From assembly GCA_041483195.1 (NCBI GenBank), contig JBGPFC010000031.1, positions 1-48,850 on the forward strand: a DNA stretch of 48,850 nt. Reading direction: 5' to 3'. The notes beneath the pieces were generated by a model. It searched no databases and was not told the DNA's origin. It saw only the letters and a list, made by a program, of their open reading frames with translations. Positions 1 through 10,918 of this stretch are shown here, piece after piece. The translations under genes and the position numbers were made by a program. Origin of the DNA: Candidatus Eiseniibacteriota bacterium (GTDB taxonomy: Bacteria; Eisenbacteria; RBG-16-71-46). Within the stretch, counting starts at the first letter, position 1, and each line of letters opens with the position of its first letter.

Positions 1-273
1 ATCCGCAAGGCGATCGGCGCCACGCGGCGCAGCATCCTGATCCAGTTCCTGTGCGAGTCGTCGGCCATCGGCCTGCTCGGCGGCGTGATCGGCATCGTGC
101 TCGCATCGCTGCTGACGGCCGTGATCAACGCCACGCTCATGCCCGCATCCATTTCGTGGCCGATCGTGGCGGTCGCCGTCTTCGTGTCCACCGGCGTCGG
201 GATCGTGGCGGGGGTTGCGCCGGCCTACCGGGGCGCGGGCCTCGATCCCATCGAGGCGCTTCGTTATGAATAG
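1..273 (+). CDS. ABC transporter permease, MacB/FtsX family (5'-truncated by window)
   Basis: Frame 1 is open from base 1: IRKAIGATRRSILIQFLCES...PAYRGAGLDPIEALRYE, the typical FtsX-domain C-terminus. Confidence 0.9.
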   Translation: MRKAIGATRRSILIQFLCESSAIGLLGGVIGIVLASLLTAVINATLMPASISWPIVAVAVFVSTGVGIVAGVAPAYRGAGLDPIEALRYE

Positions 274-296
274 GCCGAGTCGCGGAGAGCCCGAGC

Positions 297-1544
297 ATGT
301 GGTTTTCTGACACGTTCTTCATGTCGTTCGGGGCGCTGCTCGCGAACAAGCTGCGCTCCGTGCTCACGCTGGTCGGCATCATCGCCGGGGTCGCGTCGAT
401 CATCGCGGTGATGACCGGCATCTCCGTCATCCAGGCGGCGCTCGAGAGGGAGATGAGCGTTCTCGGCGCCCAGACGTTCCAGGTGCAGAAGTGGCCGGCC
501 GGCGGGTTCAATTCGGACGCCCAGCGCCGCAAGGCGATGCTCCGGCCGCCCCTGACGCTTGCGAACGCCGAGGCGATCCGCAGCCAGGTGAAGTCGGTGG
601 ACATCGTGGGATCCGAGATCTGGGACTTCGGATTCGTGGTGAAGTACAGGGGCCAGGCGACGAATCCCAATGTGTCGATCTGCGGGGGCACCCCGGAGTA
701 CCCGCAGAACAACACGCACTACGTGGGAACGGGCCGCAACATCTCGGCGCTGGACGTGATGGCCGCCCGCCGCGTTGCCGTGATCGGCCACGCCATCGCG
801 CAGAAGCTGTTCCCATTCATCGACCCTCTCGACAAGTGGATCCTGCTCGACAACCGGAAGTACCAGGTCATCGGCGTGTTCGACGAGAAGAAGTCGGCAT
901 TCGGCGGCAACTTCGACAACTACGTGCTGATCCCGGTTTCCGCGTACGTCAACACCTACGGGCTCGTCGACCGGAACGGATTCGGCCGATCCGTGAACAT
1001 CACGGTGCATGCCAGGACCCCGGAACTCACGGCCGATGCGATCGAGGAGACGCGCCAGGTCCTGCGGCGGGATCGCGGCCTGAGGCGGAACCAGGAGGAC
1101 AACTTCGAGTTCTTCAACAGCCAGAGCCTGATCACCCAGTTCAACAAAATGAGCATGGGCGTCAAGATCGGGGCGTTCATCATCGGCATCATCGCACTGG
1201 TCGTCGCGGGCATCGGCATCATGAACATCATGCTCGTCTCCGTGACCGAGCGGACGCGTGAGATTGGAATCCGCAAGGCCCTCGGCGCGCGCTCGAGGAG
1301 CATCCTGCTGCAGTTCCTGCTCGAGGCCGTGATCCTGTGCAACATCGGCGGCGTCATCGGCGTCATCGCGGGTTTCGGAATGGGGAACCTGGTGGTCGTC
1401 TTCACCCACTTCGACGCGAAGGTTCCGCTGGAGTGGGCCGTGATCGGCCTCCTGTTCTGCTCGGCCATCGGCATCACGTTCGGGATGTTGCCCGCCCTGC
1501 GCGCCGCGCGACTCGATCCGATCGAGGCGCTGCGCTACGAGTAG
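297..1544 (+). CDS. ABC transporter permease, MacB family
   Basis: NKLRSVLTLVGII, GIGIMNIMLVSVTERTREIGIRKALGA and LDPIEALRYE motifs. Confidence 0.95.
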   Translation: MWFSDTFFMSFGALLANKLRSVLTLVGIIAGVASIIAVMTGISVIQAALEREMSVLGAQTFQVQKWPAGGFNSDAQRRKAMLRPPLTLANAEAIRSQVKSVDIVGSEIWDFGFVVKYRGQATNPNVSICGGTPEYPQNNTHYVGTGRNISALDVMAARRVAVIGHAIAQKLFPFIDPLDKWILLDNRKYQVIGVFDEKKSAFGGNFDNYVLIPVSAYVNTYGLVDRNGFGRSVNITVHARTPELTADAIEETRQVLRRDRGLRRNQEDNFEFFNSQSLITQFNKMSMGVKIGAFIIGIIALVVAGIGIMNIMLVSVTERTREIGIRKALGARSRSILLQFLLEAVILCNIGGVIGVIAGFGMGNLVVVFTHFDAKVPLEWAVIGLLFCSAIGITFGMLPALRAARLDPIEALRYE

Positions 1545-1579
1545 CGCTCGAGCGGACTCAGCCCGGGCGGGCGCGCGCG

Positions 1580-2062
1580 TCAGGGCTGAGGAGGCTGCGC
1601 CACGACGAGCGTCCGCAGATACTCCACCACGTTTTGAATCTGCCGCTCGTTGAGGGTGCGCCCCCAAGGGGGCATGCCCGTCGAGAGCCCCACCGCGCCG
1701 CCACCGGAGCGGATCGCGGCCAGCAGATCGGCGTCGGTGTGTCGCGCCTGGAATGTCGAATCGGCCAGCGATTGCGGCCGCGGGTCGAGGTTGTATGCGT
1801 TGAAGCCGTCGCCATTCCCCGCCTCGCCGTGGCAATTCAAACAGTAGTGGCGATAGAGCGCCCGGCCCTCGCGGGCGTTGTAGCCGAGTTCGGGGATCGG
1901 CAGCGTCGCCGCGGAGTAGATCGCGCCGGCCGAGTCGGCCGCCGCCGAACTGGCCGCCGCAGTCGGCTGCGCGTGCGGCGCGCCCGTGCCCCGGCAGCCG
2001 CCGCCGGCCCACGCCAGGACCGCGACCATCGCGATAACCGGCGCACGCAGTCCTCGCCTCAT
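1580..2062 (-). CDS. Monoheme cytochrome c, probable lipoprotein
   Basis: Signal peptide ending near Cys (AGGGC); CLNCH heme motif; distal MPPWG Met ligand. Confidence 0.88.
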   Translation of the reverse strand: MRRGLRAPVIAMVAVLAWAGGGCRGTGAPHAQPTAAASSAAADSAGAIYSAATLPIPELGYNAREGRALYRHYCLNCHGEAGNGDGFNAYNLDPRPQSLADSTFQARHTDADLLAAIRSGGGAVGLSTGMPPWGRTLNERQIQNVVEYLRTLVVAQPPQP

Positions 2063-4104
2063 GGCCGCTGGCCTCTCGAGTTCGCGGCCCCGGTCGCGCC
2101 GTGCGCGGCCGTCAGGGGCGGGATCGACGCCACGTACGCGGTCAGCGCACGGGCATCGGCGTCATCGAGTCCATAGTCGGGCTCGCGCGCATCCGCCCTC
2201 CAGCGTTGCGGGCCCTTCAACCAGAAGTAGATCCAGCCGGTCTTCAGACGACCGCCGGCTCCGTCGAGCACCGGGCCGTAGAAGCCGCCCTTCCCTCCGA
2301 TCATGTGGCAGGCCTGGCAGCCGTAACGCTCGAAGTAGAGCTTGCGGCCGCGTTCGATTTCGTCGGGCGCCGGCGCCGCGCCGGAGACTGATTCCGGGAT
2401 CCGGTCGTCGCGCAGCACGTTCTCCGCGAAGTTCGCGATGAACGCACGCTGCTCATCGGGCATCTGGAGCTGGATCATTCGCTCCTCGAGGATCGGTCTC
2501 ACCGTGGTCGGGAGCTTGAGATAGTCCGCGAGCCATCTCTCGCGCACCTTGCTGCCCTCGGCGGTGAGCGGCGCGGTGGAAATGTCTCCGCCCACGCCGC
2601 CGATCTGATGACACGACATGCACCGGTACTGGCGTACCAGCTCTCCGAAGTGACCGGGGGGCACGTACGCCGCCTCGCGCACGGGCACCTGATATTCCGA
2701 AGGCACCGGTGCATGCCCCATCGAGAGGAGTGCGGTCGTGAGCGCCTCGGCCTCGTGCTCGGTGAAGCCGAAGCGCGGCATCTTGAGCGCATCGCGGAAC
2801 GAGCGCGGATTCGTGACCTTGGCGGCGAGCCAATCGGGAAGCGCGCGCGGCAGATCGCTCCTGCGTCCGAAATCGAGCCGGCCGACCGGTTTGTCGGCGA
2901 TGCCGGTCAGCTCCGGCCCGATCGCGGCGCCCTGGCTTTGGCCTCCGATCTGGTGGCAACCGTTGCATCCCGTGCGCCGGAAGATGGTCTCGCCCGCCTC
3001 CACCACGCGGTCGGAGGAGCGAAGGCCGGGCGTCGGCGCCGGCGCCGAGGCGTCCGTCATCTCCTGCATCAGGTACTCGGCCAGATCCGCGACGTCTCGC
3101 GCGTTGAAACGGTAACGCGGCATCTTCGTGTCGGGATAGAAGCGGTGCGGGTCGGCGAGGAACGCGACGAGCCAGCGCCGGGTCACCTTGGATCCGATTC
3201 CGGAAAGCTCCGGCGCGCTCCCGTTCCCCCGCCCTTCGACGGTGTGGCACGAGATGCAGCGCGAGAGCGAGAAGAGGACCTTGCCGCGATCCGAATCGCC
3301 CGGCGGAATCACCGCGACCGATTCGGAGTCGAGGCCGACACGCGCGGGCCGGCTCCAGAGGAACGCGACCACCGAGTCGATCTCGGCCGCGGTGAGTTGG
3401 AAATCAGGCATCCACGTGGCAGGACGCAGCGAACGGGGCGACTTGATCCATGCCGCGAGCCACGCCGGGTTCGTCTTCTGCGACAGCCCGGCCAGATCGG
3501 GCGCCTCGCTCTTCCAGCCCTCGTGGCCCGCGACCTTGTGGCAGCCGAAGCAGCCGACTCGCGTCATCAGCGCGCGGCCCTCGGAGAGCAGCGAGGCTTC
3601 GGGAACCGTGTCGCCGAGATGGCAGCGGCCGCACGCGGCCTCGGTATATCGCACCGGCAGGAGCGGCGAGCTCCAATCACGCACCCGGCCGTGCGCCTCG
3701 GCCGCGGTCGTGGCGCGTCCCTGCCCCTGATGGCACGCCACGCATCCGAAGCGATCGAAGTCCGCGGGCGTGTGCGGAGTGCGCGGGTGCTGGCGGAACG
3801 GCTCCGGCGCCGCGGCCATGAGCGGCTCATCGACCCCGAGGTGGCAACTCACGCAACGGTCCACGTGATTGTCGAGCGCGGGCACCCAGATCTGTCGCAC
3901 GCCGACTTCGCGCGCGCGCGCCTGGTTCAATTCCTTGAGCGAAGCCGCGGAGTGGAGCAGGCGCCGGCTATACTCGTTCTGATAGTGCCGGTACTCGCGG
4001 AAGTAATCCTTGATGGGCGACACCGCCAGCACCGCGAGCAACGCGACGCTGGAGACCGCGAACCAGAACCAGAGCCGGTCCGACGAGGGCCCGGGCGCGC
4101 TCAC
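2059..4104 (-). CDS. Membrane-anchored octaheme cytochrome c of the Rieske/cytochrome b complex
   Basis: Eight CxxCH motifs (CVSCH, CVACH, CGRCH, CFGCH, CISCH, CNGCH, CMSCH, CQACH) and an N-terminal TM segment; GTG start at 4104 overlaps the upstream TGA. Confidence 0.9.
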   Translation of the reverse strand: MSAPGPSSDRLWFWFAVSSVALLAVLAVSPIKDYFREYRHYQNEYSRRLLHSAASLKELNQARAREVGVRQIWVPALDNHVDRCVSCHLGVDEPLMAAAPEPFRQHPRTPHTPADFDRFGCVACHQGQGRATTAAEAHGRVRDWSSPLLPVRYTEAACGRCHLGDTVPEASLLSEGRALMTRVGCFGCHKVAGHEGWKSEAPDLAGLSQKTNPAWLAAWIKSPRSLRPATWMPDFQLTAAEIDSVVAFLWSRPARVGLDSESVAVIPPGDSDRGKVLFSLSRCISCHTVEGRGNGSAPELSGIGSKVTRRWLVAFLADPHRFYPDTKMPRYRFNARDVADLAEYLMQEMTDASAPAPTPGLRSSDRVVEAGETIFRRTGCNGCHQIGGQSQGAAIGPELTGIADKPVGRLDFGRRSDLPRALPDWLAAKVTNPRSFRDALKMPRFGFTEHEAEALTTALLSMGHAPVPSEYQVPVREAAYVPPGHFGELVRQYRCMSCHQIGGVGGDISTAPLTAEGSKVRERWLADYLKLPTTVRPILEERMIQLQMPDEQRAFIANFAENVLRDDRIPESVSGAAPAPDEIERGRKLYFERYGCQACHMIGGKGGFYGPVLDGAGGRLKTGWIYFWLKGPQRWRADAREPDYGLDDADARALTAYVASIPPLTAAHGATGAANSRGQRP

Positions 4105-4794
4105 AGCTGGACCCCGCCCTGCCACGGCCAGATCCATTTCCATCCGGGGCCGCGGAAGAAGGTGCCGATCAGCGTGAGGATCACCGCGACGGCCACGAAC
4201 CACGTCATGATCCAGTCACTCAGCGTCACGCTCGTGAGTCGCCTCCGCCAGGCGGGCGGGCACCACGGGAGAGACGGAAGCACCATCGCCGCATAGAGCG
4301 TGAGCGTGGGCACCAGCACCGCCCACACCCGCCACCAGATGAGAAAGGCGGCGAGCGCCGCGGTCAGCGTGGTCAGCACCGACATCTGTCGTCGCGAGGG
4401 AGCCTCGAGGAATCCGCGGTCCTCGAGATTCGCCCGGAAGTACGGGATCACCACCATCGCGACCACCACAAGTCCGGGAATCAGCACGCCCGCGACGACC
4501 GGCGGAAAGTAGTGGAGCAGCTCCTGCAAGCCGAGGAAGTACCACGGCGCCTTGGCGGGATTCGGCGTGTTGGTGGGGTCCGCGATGCCCTCGAGCGGGG
4601 CGTCGAAGAACAGCGAGAGCAGCGCCATCACGATCACGCAGATCTGGACCAGGATGACTTCGCGCAGCAGCAGGTGAGGCGCCGTCATCACCGTTTCTTC
4701 CCGATCGACCAGGACGCGGGCCGCGGTCTCCGGGCGGAGGATCGCGAGACGCTTGGGCGTCACCGTGGCGTCGCTGTCCGGCTCGAGCCGATAG

Positions 4795-4802
<8 letters not shown>
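4101..4802 (-). CDS. petD: Cytochrome b C-terminal half / subunit IV-like protein
   Basis: [29 protein letters not shown] corresponds to the PEWY-loop region; hydrophobic helices; FRGPGW motif. Confidence 0.88.
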
Positions 4803-5541
<739 letters not shown>

Positions 5542-5551
5542 CGTGTCCTCG

Positions 5552-6031
5552 TCAGAACCGATAGGTGGTGCCCGCCGGGACTTCCACCGCCGTATCCACG
5601 ATCAGCTCTCCCTTTTGCGAGAGGCTCATCTGGAGCCAGCGCAGCGGACGCGGCGCGGGCCCCGCCACGACGTCGCCGGCGAGCGTGAACTGGCTGCCGT
5701 GGCAGGGACAGGCGATGATGTTGCGGTCGGGCTGAAACCGGGTGATGCACCCCAGGTGCGTGCACACGGCCGAGAGCGCGCGGAACCCCTCCGCGAACCG
5801 GATCACGTAGACGCGCTGCTCGACGTTGGTCACGACCGATCCGACCGCGATCGCGTCGGGCAGCCCCGCGGAGAATGCCGTCGGCGGCTCGAACAGCACG
5901 CGCGGCTGGAGAAAGTCGACGAACACCACGCCCGCGCCGCCGGTCGCCGCCGCGCAAGCTGCGAGCCCGGCCACGGTGCAGAAGTCGCGACGCGAGAGTG
6001 TCGGCGGCTTCGCTTCGTCGGGATCAGGCAC
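5552..6031 (-). CDS. petC: Rieske [2Fe-2S] subunit
   Basis: Tat motif SRRDF; CTHLGC and CPCHGS boxes; GPAPRPL. Confidence 0.95.
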   Translation of the reverse strand: MPDPDEAKPPTLSRRDFCTVAGLAACAAATGGAGVVFVDFLQPRVLFEPPTAFSAGLPDAIAVGSVVTNVEQRVYVIRFAEGFRALSAVCTHLGCITRFQPDRNIIACPCHGSQFTLAGDVVAGPAPRPLRWLQMSLSQKGELIVDTAVEVPAGTTYRF

Positions 6032-7898
6032 GGGCCGTCTCCACGGTCAGGAACTGCTCCATCGTGATGGTCCCCGCCGGGCAGCGTTCGGCGCAGAGGC
6101 CGCATCGGATGCAGATCGTCTCGTCCTTGATCAGCGCCGTGCCCGAAGCGCCCTCCCTGCCGAGCAGGTCCGCGGCGGCGTCCCCGAGCTCCGCGCGCAC
6201 CGTTTCCCGCAGCGCGGGATCGGCGTGGATGTCGGCGAGCGGCACGAACGTGATGCAATCCTCCGGGCACACGTCGGCGCAGCCGCCGCACAGAATGCAT
6301 TCGGTGCCCTCCTCCGGGTCCTCGTGGAAGACGGTATTGACCCAGCAATGGAGGCAACGCGAGGCCTCGAGCCGGGCGGACGCCTCGGTGAAGCACTGCT
6401 CGATCTCGGCGATGCCGACGCGCCGCTCGATGGGCAGGACCGGCGGCCGCTGGCGCGGCACGCCCTCGTAGTCCAGCGCCCGGCGGTATCCCGGCAGGGG
6501 CTCGATCAGCACCTCCACCGTCGCGCGCGTCGACGCGACGCCGCGCAGCTGCGCGTGAATGGATGCGGCCGCCTTCTTGCCGTCGGCCACGGCTTCGATC
6601 GCGATGCGCGGACCGAACGCCGCGTCACCTCCGGCGTAGATACCGGGCGCGGTGGTGGCGAGCGTCGCCGGATCCACCTGCAGCGTGCCGCGCGCCGTCA
6701 CGGCCACGTGGTCATCGGGCCGCAGGAACGACAGGTCGCAGGCCTGGCCGATCGCGAGCACGATGGTGTCGGCCGCGATCGCCAGCTCGGTGCCGGGCAC
6801 GAACGCCGGGTTGAAGCGGCGCTGGGCGTCGAAGACCGCGGAGCACTCGATGGTCTCGAGGCCCGTCACGCGGCCCGCCTCCCCGAGGATGCGCTGCGGT
6901 CCCCGGCCGGAGTGGATCACGATGCCTTCGCGACGCGCCTCGGCGATCTCTTCGCGATCGGCCGGCATGGCCTCGAGCGACTCGAGGCACACGATGTGGA
7001 CCTCCTTCGCGCCGAAGCGGATCGCGGAGCGTGCGACGTCGAACGCCGTCACGATGTTGAGGCCCGGATTGATCGCCTCGTCACGCACCGGCGTCCGCAG
7101 CGCGGAGCGCGCCACGTCCACCGCGACGTTCCCGCCTCCCACCACCACCACGCGCCGGCCCAGCTCGATTCGGTATCCCATGTTGACGTTGAGCAGGAAG
7201 TCGACGCCCTTCAGGACGCCGTCCAGATCGGCGCCGTCGATCTCGAGGTCGCGGCTCCGCTGGGCTCCGGGGGCAAGGAACACCGCGCGGAAACCCTGGG
7301 CGCGCAGATCCGACAGCAGGAAATCGCGGCCCAGACGCGCGCCGACCCGGAGCTCGACGCCGAGGTTCAAGATGGCGTTGATCTCGAGCTTGATGAGTTC
7401 GCGCGGCAGCCGGTACTCGGGAATTCCGAGGCGCAACATTCCCCCCGGCACCGCCTGAGCCTCGAAGATGGTGACCGGATAGCCCAGCAGCGCCAGATCG
7501 TGCGCGGCGGCGAGCCCGGCGGGACCCGCTCCGATGATCGCCACGCGATCCTCGGGGTAACGTCGCAGGCGGTCGCCATAGATCTCCTTGAGCAGATCCA
7601 CGTCCATCATGCTCTCCACCCCGAAGCGCTCGGTGACGAAGCGCTTCAGCGCCCGGATGGCGATCGGTTGATCGAGCGCCCCGCGGCGGCAGGCCGGCTC
7701 GCAGGGCGCGGCGCAGATGCGTCCGCAGATGGACGCGAGCGGATTCGGCCGCCGCGCCACCGCATACGCCTCGCGGTACCTGCCCTCCGCGATGAGCGCC
7801 ACGTAGCGCCCCGCTTCGGTGCCGACCGGGCACGCCTTGTAACAGGGAAAGTTGCTCTCCAGCCAGTCCCGGTCCACGCGGCGTTCGGAATCGAGCAC
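6024..7898 (-). CDS. FAD/NAD(P)-dependent Fe-S oxidoreductase (GltD/NfnB/SudA-like) with C-terminal 2[4Fe-4S] ferredoxin domain
   Basis: PCYKACP and CGRICAAPCEPAC clusters; GAGPAG; GGGNVAVD; EASRCLHC; two CxxCxxCxxxCP motifs. Confidence 0.92.
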   Translation of the reverse strand: MLDSERRVDRDWLESNFPCYKACPVGTEAGRYVALIAEGRYREAYAVARRPNPLASICGRICAAPCEPACRRGALDQPIAIRALKRFVTERFGVESMMDVDLLKEIYGDRLRRYPEDRVAIIGAGPAGLAAAHDLALLGYPVTIFEAQAVPGGMLRLGIPEYRLPRELIKLEINAILNLGVELRVGARLGRDFLLSDLRAQGFRAVFLAPGAQRSRDLEIDGADLDGVLKGVDFLLNVNMGYRIELGRRVVVVGGGNVAVDVARSALRTPVRDEAINPGLNIVTAFDVARSAIRFGAKEVHIVCLESLEAMPADREEIAEARREGIVIHSGRGPQRILGEAGRVTGLETIECSAVFDAQRRFNPAFVPGTELAIAADTIVLAIGQACDLSFLRPDDHVAVTARGTLQVDPATLATTAPGIYAGGDAAFGPRIAIEAVADGKKAAASIHAQLRGVASTRATVEVLIEPLPGYRRALDYEGVPRQRPPVLPIERRVGIAEIEQCFTEASARLEASRCLHCWVNTVFHEDPEEGTECILCGGCADVCPEDCITFVPLADIHADPALRETVRAELGDAAADLLGREGASGTALIKDETICIRCGLCAERCPAGTITMEQFLTVETARA

Positions 7899-7905
7899 CG
7901 AGCGC

Positions 7906-8496
7906 CTACTTCTTCAGCTCGAAGTCGGCCGACGTGACTCCGGCGACGGTGATGGGCCTGCTGAGCTCGGTCTTGAACTTCGGATGCCAGACCTTCACGA
8001 TGTAGGCGCCGTCTGGCACGTTCGGGATCGAATAGGCGCCGGCCTTGTCGGTGAGGGCGAACCACGGAGTGGGGAGCGAGACGACGAAGCCCTCCATCTC
8101 GGCGTGCACGTGGCACAGCAGCGTCGCCGTGCACCGGGTCTTGAAGGTGTAGCTCCGGATCTGCCCTTGCGGCCAGCTCCCCAGGTTGAACTGCTCGCAA
8201 CACTTGTCCGGCGAGAAGACGTTGTGGAGCACCGCGTCCCCGTTGAGGAAGTCGACGGTCGTGCCCTGCAGGACGGGAAGCACGTGCGGCGCGAACACCA
8301 GATCCTTCTGGTCCATCTTCGCGTGCGCGGTCGGCGCCGGAAACGTCTTGCCCGCGATCGCGTCGATGTAGACCACCGCGTCCGCGTTGTTCTTCTTGCC
8401 GGTCGCCTTCACGACGCCCTTGATCTCGCCCGCCGTCGCGGCCGAGGCCGCCGCCAGCAGGAGCACGGCGCATGTCACCACGAACTGGAATCGCAT
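7906..8496 (-). CDS. Exported cupredoxin-domain protein with carboxypeptidase-regulatory-like flanks
   Basis: AAAGGAAG RBS before ATG 8496; signal peptide; HNVFS...CHVHAEM type-1 Cu ligand pattern. Confidence 0.8.
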   Translation of the reverse strand: MRFQFVVTCAVLLLAAASAATAGEIKGVVKATGKKNNADAVVYIDAIAGKTFPAPTAHAKMDQKDLVFAPHVLPVLQGTTVDFLNGDAVLHNVFSPDKCCEQFNLGSWPQGQIRSYTFKTRCTATLLCHVHAEMEGFVVSLPTPWFALTDKAGAYSIPNVPDGAYIVKVWHPKFKTELSRPITVAGVTSADFELKK

Positions 8497-8531
8497 GTGG
8501 CTTCCTTTCATGAACGGGCCTGCGGCCGAGA

Positions 8532-9854
8532 TCAGAATCCGATGATGACGCCGAGCGTGCCTCCCTCGTTCGTGAACTTGCCGCCCCCCTCCTTCACCCA
8601 GTTCGCGGCGAGGAACGTCTTGACGTTCGCGCGGGCCAGTCCATTCAGCGTCAAGGACAGCTGCTCGGTCTTCTCGGCGCCGACCTTGAACGACTCCCAC
8701 CGCCCGCCCGGAATCAGCCACGGATAGGCCACCCATGAGAGTTCGCCGAACTGGTTCTTGGTCGAGACGTCCGTGATCGTCGGGTCGGCCACGAACAGGC
8801 GATCGTCTTTCCGGTCCGCGTACCCGCCGTGCGCCTCGAGGTCGAGGAGATGGATGGCGACATCGCCGCCCACGACCTGGAATGGATCGCGGGTGTTGGG
8901 ATCCGTGGGATCCCCTCCCTCGAGCATGCCCTTGCCCTTGTAAATGAAGCCGGAGAGCGCCACCGAGGTCTCGCTCCAGGGCTGAGGGTTGGCGGGCATC
9001 GCCGCTTCGGCGCCGCCATTCGAGACCCCGTCGAACGGCAGCCCGCCGAGCTTGTAGGCCAGCCGGGCGTACGCATCCTTCGAGATGTCGCCGATGCTTC
9101 CCGATCCCTCCACGAGGCCCGCGTTGTAGAGGACGCGATGCTGAAGCATTCCGTACGCCTCGACTCCCTGCTGGAAGCCTTCCGGAGCCCAGAGATTGTC
9201 GCCGGCGGGTCGCGTCAGCACCATCAGCTCCTGGTTCATGATCGAGCGATGGGTGGACACCAGCATGAGTCCCGGCTCGAACGAGCCGACCTTGAACTGC
9301 AACGCCGGTGAATCGAGCGGGCGCACGAGCAGGTTCACCCGCTCCATCTCGGTGACGATTTCGCCGGCGTCCCTGGCGAACACGATCGATCCCCAGAAGG
9401 AGAAGTGCTCGTCGAGCGTCCCGGCCGCGAGGATTTCCAGCTCGCCTCCCATCCCGCCGAACGTGACGATGTCGGTCGCGTGGTCGTAATCGACGCTGCT
9501 CGTGTAGAGGACGGCGACCGGAGGCATCCCCGGGATCTCTCCCGGCCAGACCGACTGCGGCCAGAGCTTCTTGTAGCCCTCGGCGCCCAGCGGAACGGGC
9601 GGGATCTTGGTCATGTCGGGATCGTTGCCGCCCGGGAACCGGTAGCCGTTCTGCCGGAATGCTTCGCCGAACGGCGTCAGCGCGGGGATCGCGACGTGGC
9701 AGGTCTGACAGCTCGTCTGGTACTTCCGTGCGAACGCCGGAATCGTGTGGCCCTCGCGCGGCGAGAGGAGCGCCGCCGAGAACAGCACGATGAGCATCAG
9801 GGCAAACACCCAGCGAACATCCATTGCGGTCTGCTTGGAATTTCCCCGCGACAT
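8532..9854 (-). CDS. Cyc2-like fused monoheme cytochrome-porin (outer membrane)
   Basis: GGAGG RBS; signal peptide; IPAFARKYQTSCQTCHVAIPALTPFGEAF matches the Cyc2 PxFAR..CxxCH..PxL pattern; beta-strand-like body with terminal Phe; 440 aa. Confidence 0.8.
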   Translation of the reverse strand: MSRGNSKQTAMDVRWVFALMLIVLFSAALLSPREGHTIPAFARKYQTSCQTCHVAIPALTPFGEAFRQNGYRFPGGNDPDMTKIPPVPLGAEGYKKLWPQSVWPGEIPGMPPVAVLYTSSVDYDHATDIVTFGGMGGELEILAAGTLDEHFSFWGSIVFARDAGEIVTEMERVNLLVRPLDSPALQFKVGSFEPGLMLVSTHRSIMNQELMVLTRPAGDNLWAPEGFQQGVEAYGMLQHRVLYNAGLVEGSGSIGDISKDAYARLAYKLGGLPFDGVSNGGAEAAMPANPQPWSETSVALSGFIYKGKGMLEGGDPTDPNTRDPFQVVGGDVAIHLLDLEAHGGYADRKDDRLFVADPTITDVSTKNQFGELSWVAYPWLIPGGRWESFKVGAEKTEQLSLTLNGLARANVKTFLAANWVKEGGGKFTNEGGTLGVIIGF

Positions 9855-9893
9855 GGCCACCTCCACGAATCGGCGAGATTGCCGAACGGAGGC

Positions 9894-9922
9894 AGCGTAT
9901 GGGGCGGGAGAGCGGCCCACAA
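9894..9922 (-). promoter_or_regulatory. Putative sigma70 promoter of the redox operon
   Basis: Minus strand TTGTGG-17 bp-TACGCT about 40 bp upstream of ATG 9854. Confidence 0.45.
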
Positions 9923-9943
9923 TCCGCAGAACGAATCATTCTT

Positions 9944-9961
9944 CTGATGCAAATGCATCAG
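9944..9961. promoter_or_regulatory. 18-bp palindromic operator candidate
   Basis: CTGATGCA-AA-TGCATCAG, perfect 8-2-8 inverted repeat in an AT-richer intergenic stretch. Confidence 0.65.
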
Positions 9962-9987
9962 GTGGGCGCCCGGCCGGGGCGGCGAGC

Positions 9988-10644
9988 TCAGAGCAGGTGC
10001 GTGCGGAGCGCCAGCGAGACTGCTTCGAGCTTGCTGTGGACGTCGAACTTGCGGAGGATGTTCTGGATGTGATTGCGCGTCGTCGTCACGCTGATGAACA
10101 ACGAGTCGGCGATGCCCTGGGTGCTCTTGCCCTCGGCCAGCATGCGCAGGATCTGGAGCTCGCGCGCCGTCAGCGCCGGCGAGGCTGCCGGCGCCGCGTC
10201 TCCGATCGCGGGACCGGACACCGACGGTGCGTGCTGCTCGGTCAGGATCCGCCGGATCAGCGCGCTGGCCTCACGCTGGCGATCGACCGTCTCGAGGAAG
10301 TGGATCAGCGTGTACTGCCGTCCGCGCGGGCCCGGAAGCACCACGATGGAGAAGCTCGCCGGGATCATCTCGCCCGAATCGGCGCGGACGTCGAGCTCGA
10401 AGTGGCGCACCTGCTCGTGGCGATCGACCATGCAGGTCAGGGGACACTGGCGGTCGCAATAACGATTTCCAAAGACGTCCGTGCCACAGAGGATCTCGTG
10501 GCAGGGCTTGCCGAGCACATGGGAGGAGGGATAACCGAGCAGTTCCTCGGCTTCCTTGTTCCAAATGGTGATGCGTCCCTTCTCATCGGTCGCGAAGGCG
10601 GCCGCGCCCGAGCGGGCGATCACGTCCAGCGGGTCCACGATCAA
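9988..10644 (-). CDS. PAS-domain LuxR/NarL-family transcriptional regulator
   Basis: PAS segment (IWNKEAEELLGY) plus LTARELQIL...TTRNHIQNILRKFDVHSKLEAV HTH; start TTG 10644 or GTG 10638. Confidence 0.9.
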   Translation of the reverse strand: MIVDPLDVIARSGAAAFATDEKGRITIWNKEAEELLGYPSSHVLGKPCHEILCGTDVFGNRYCDRQCPLTCMVDRHEQVRHFELDVRADSGEMIPASFSIVVLPGPRGRQYTLIHFLETVDRQREASALIRRILTEQHAPSVSGPAIGDAAPAASPALTARELQILRMLAEGKSTQGIADSLFISVTTTRNHIQNILRKFDVHSKLEAVSLALRTHLL

Positions 10645-10918
10645 CCCAGATTCCCCTTGTGAGCGGAGACCCCGCTCGGTGCGGCGAATCGCCGAGCGGA
10701 CGACCCGGTCCGCGCCGATAATCCCACCTCTCTTCACCAAACGACAGCATGATTGTGAGGCGCCAGACGACCGGCCCCCGAGCCGTCGAGTGGCGAGTTC
10801 GATGCCATGAGACTTGCGCGCGCTCCCACGGGTCGCGGACTTGTCGGCCAGGACGTCATCATCGCGCGCAGCGGACACGATGAACCCCGTCATCAATTTT
10901 CTTCTGCTCGGAGGCGCG

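Noticed and set aside
264..2012. Long antisense or alternate-frame ORFs (also 5826-7937, 16888-19008, 19218-21707, 24401-27187, 29155-31563, 38854-41670)
   Set aside because: Shadow ORFs of high-GC genes: Arg/Ala/Pro-rich, no motifs, overlapping well-supported CDSs
7906..9939. ORF-track extensions suggesting fusion proteins (also 27449-29710, 19101-21962, 9988-11034)
   Set aside because: The extensions overlap other real genes; internal starts with RBS, signal peptide or domain boundary explain the true proteins
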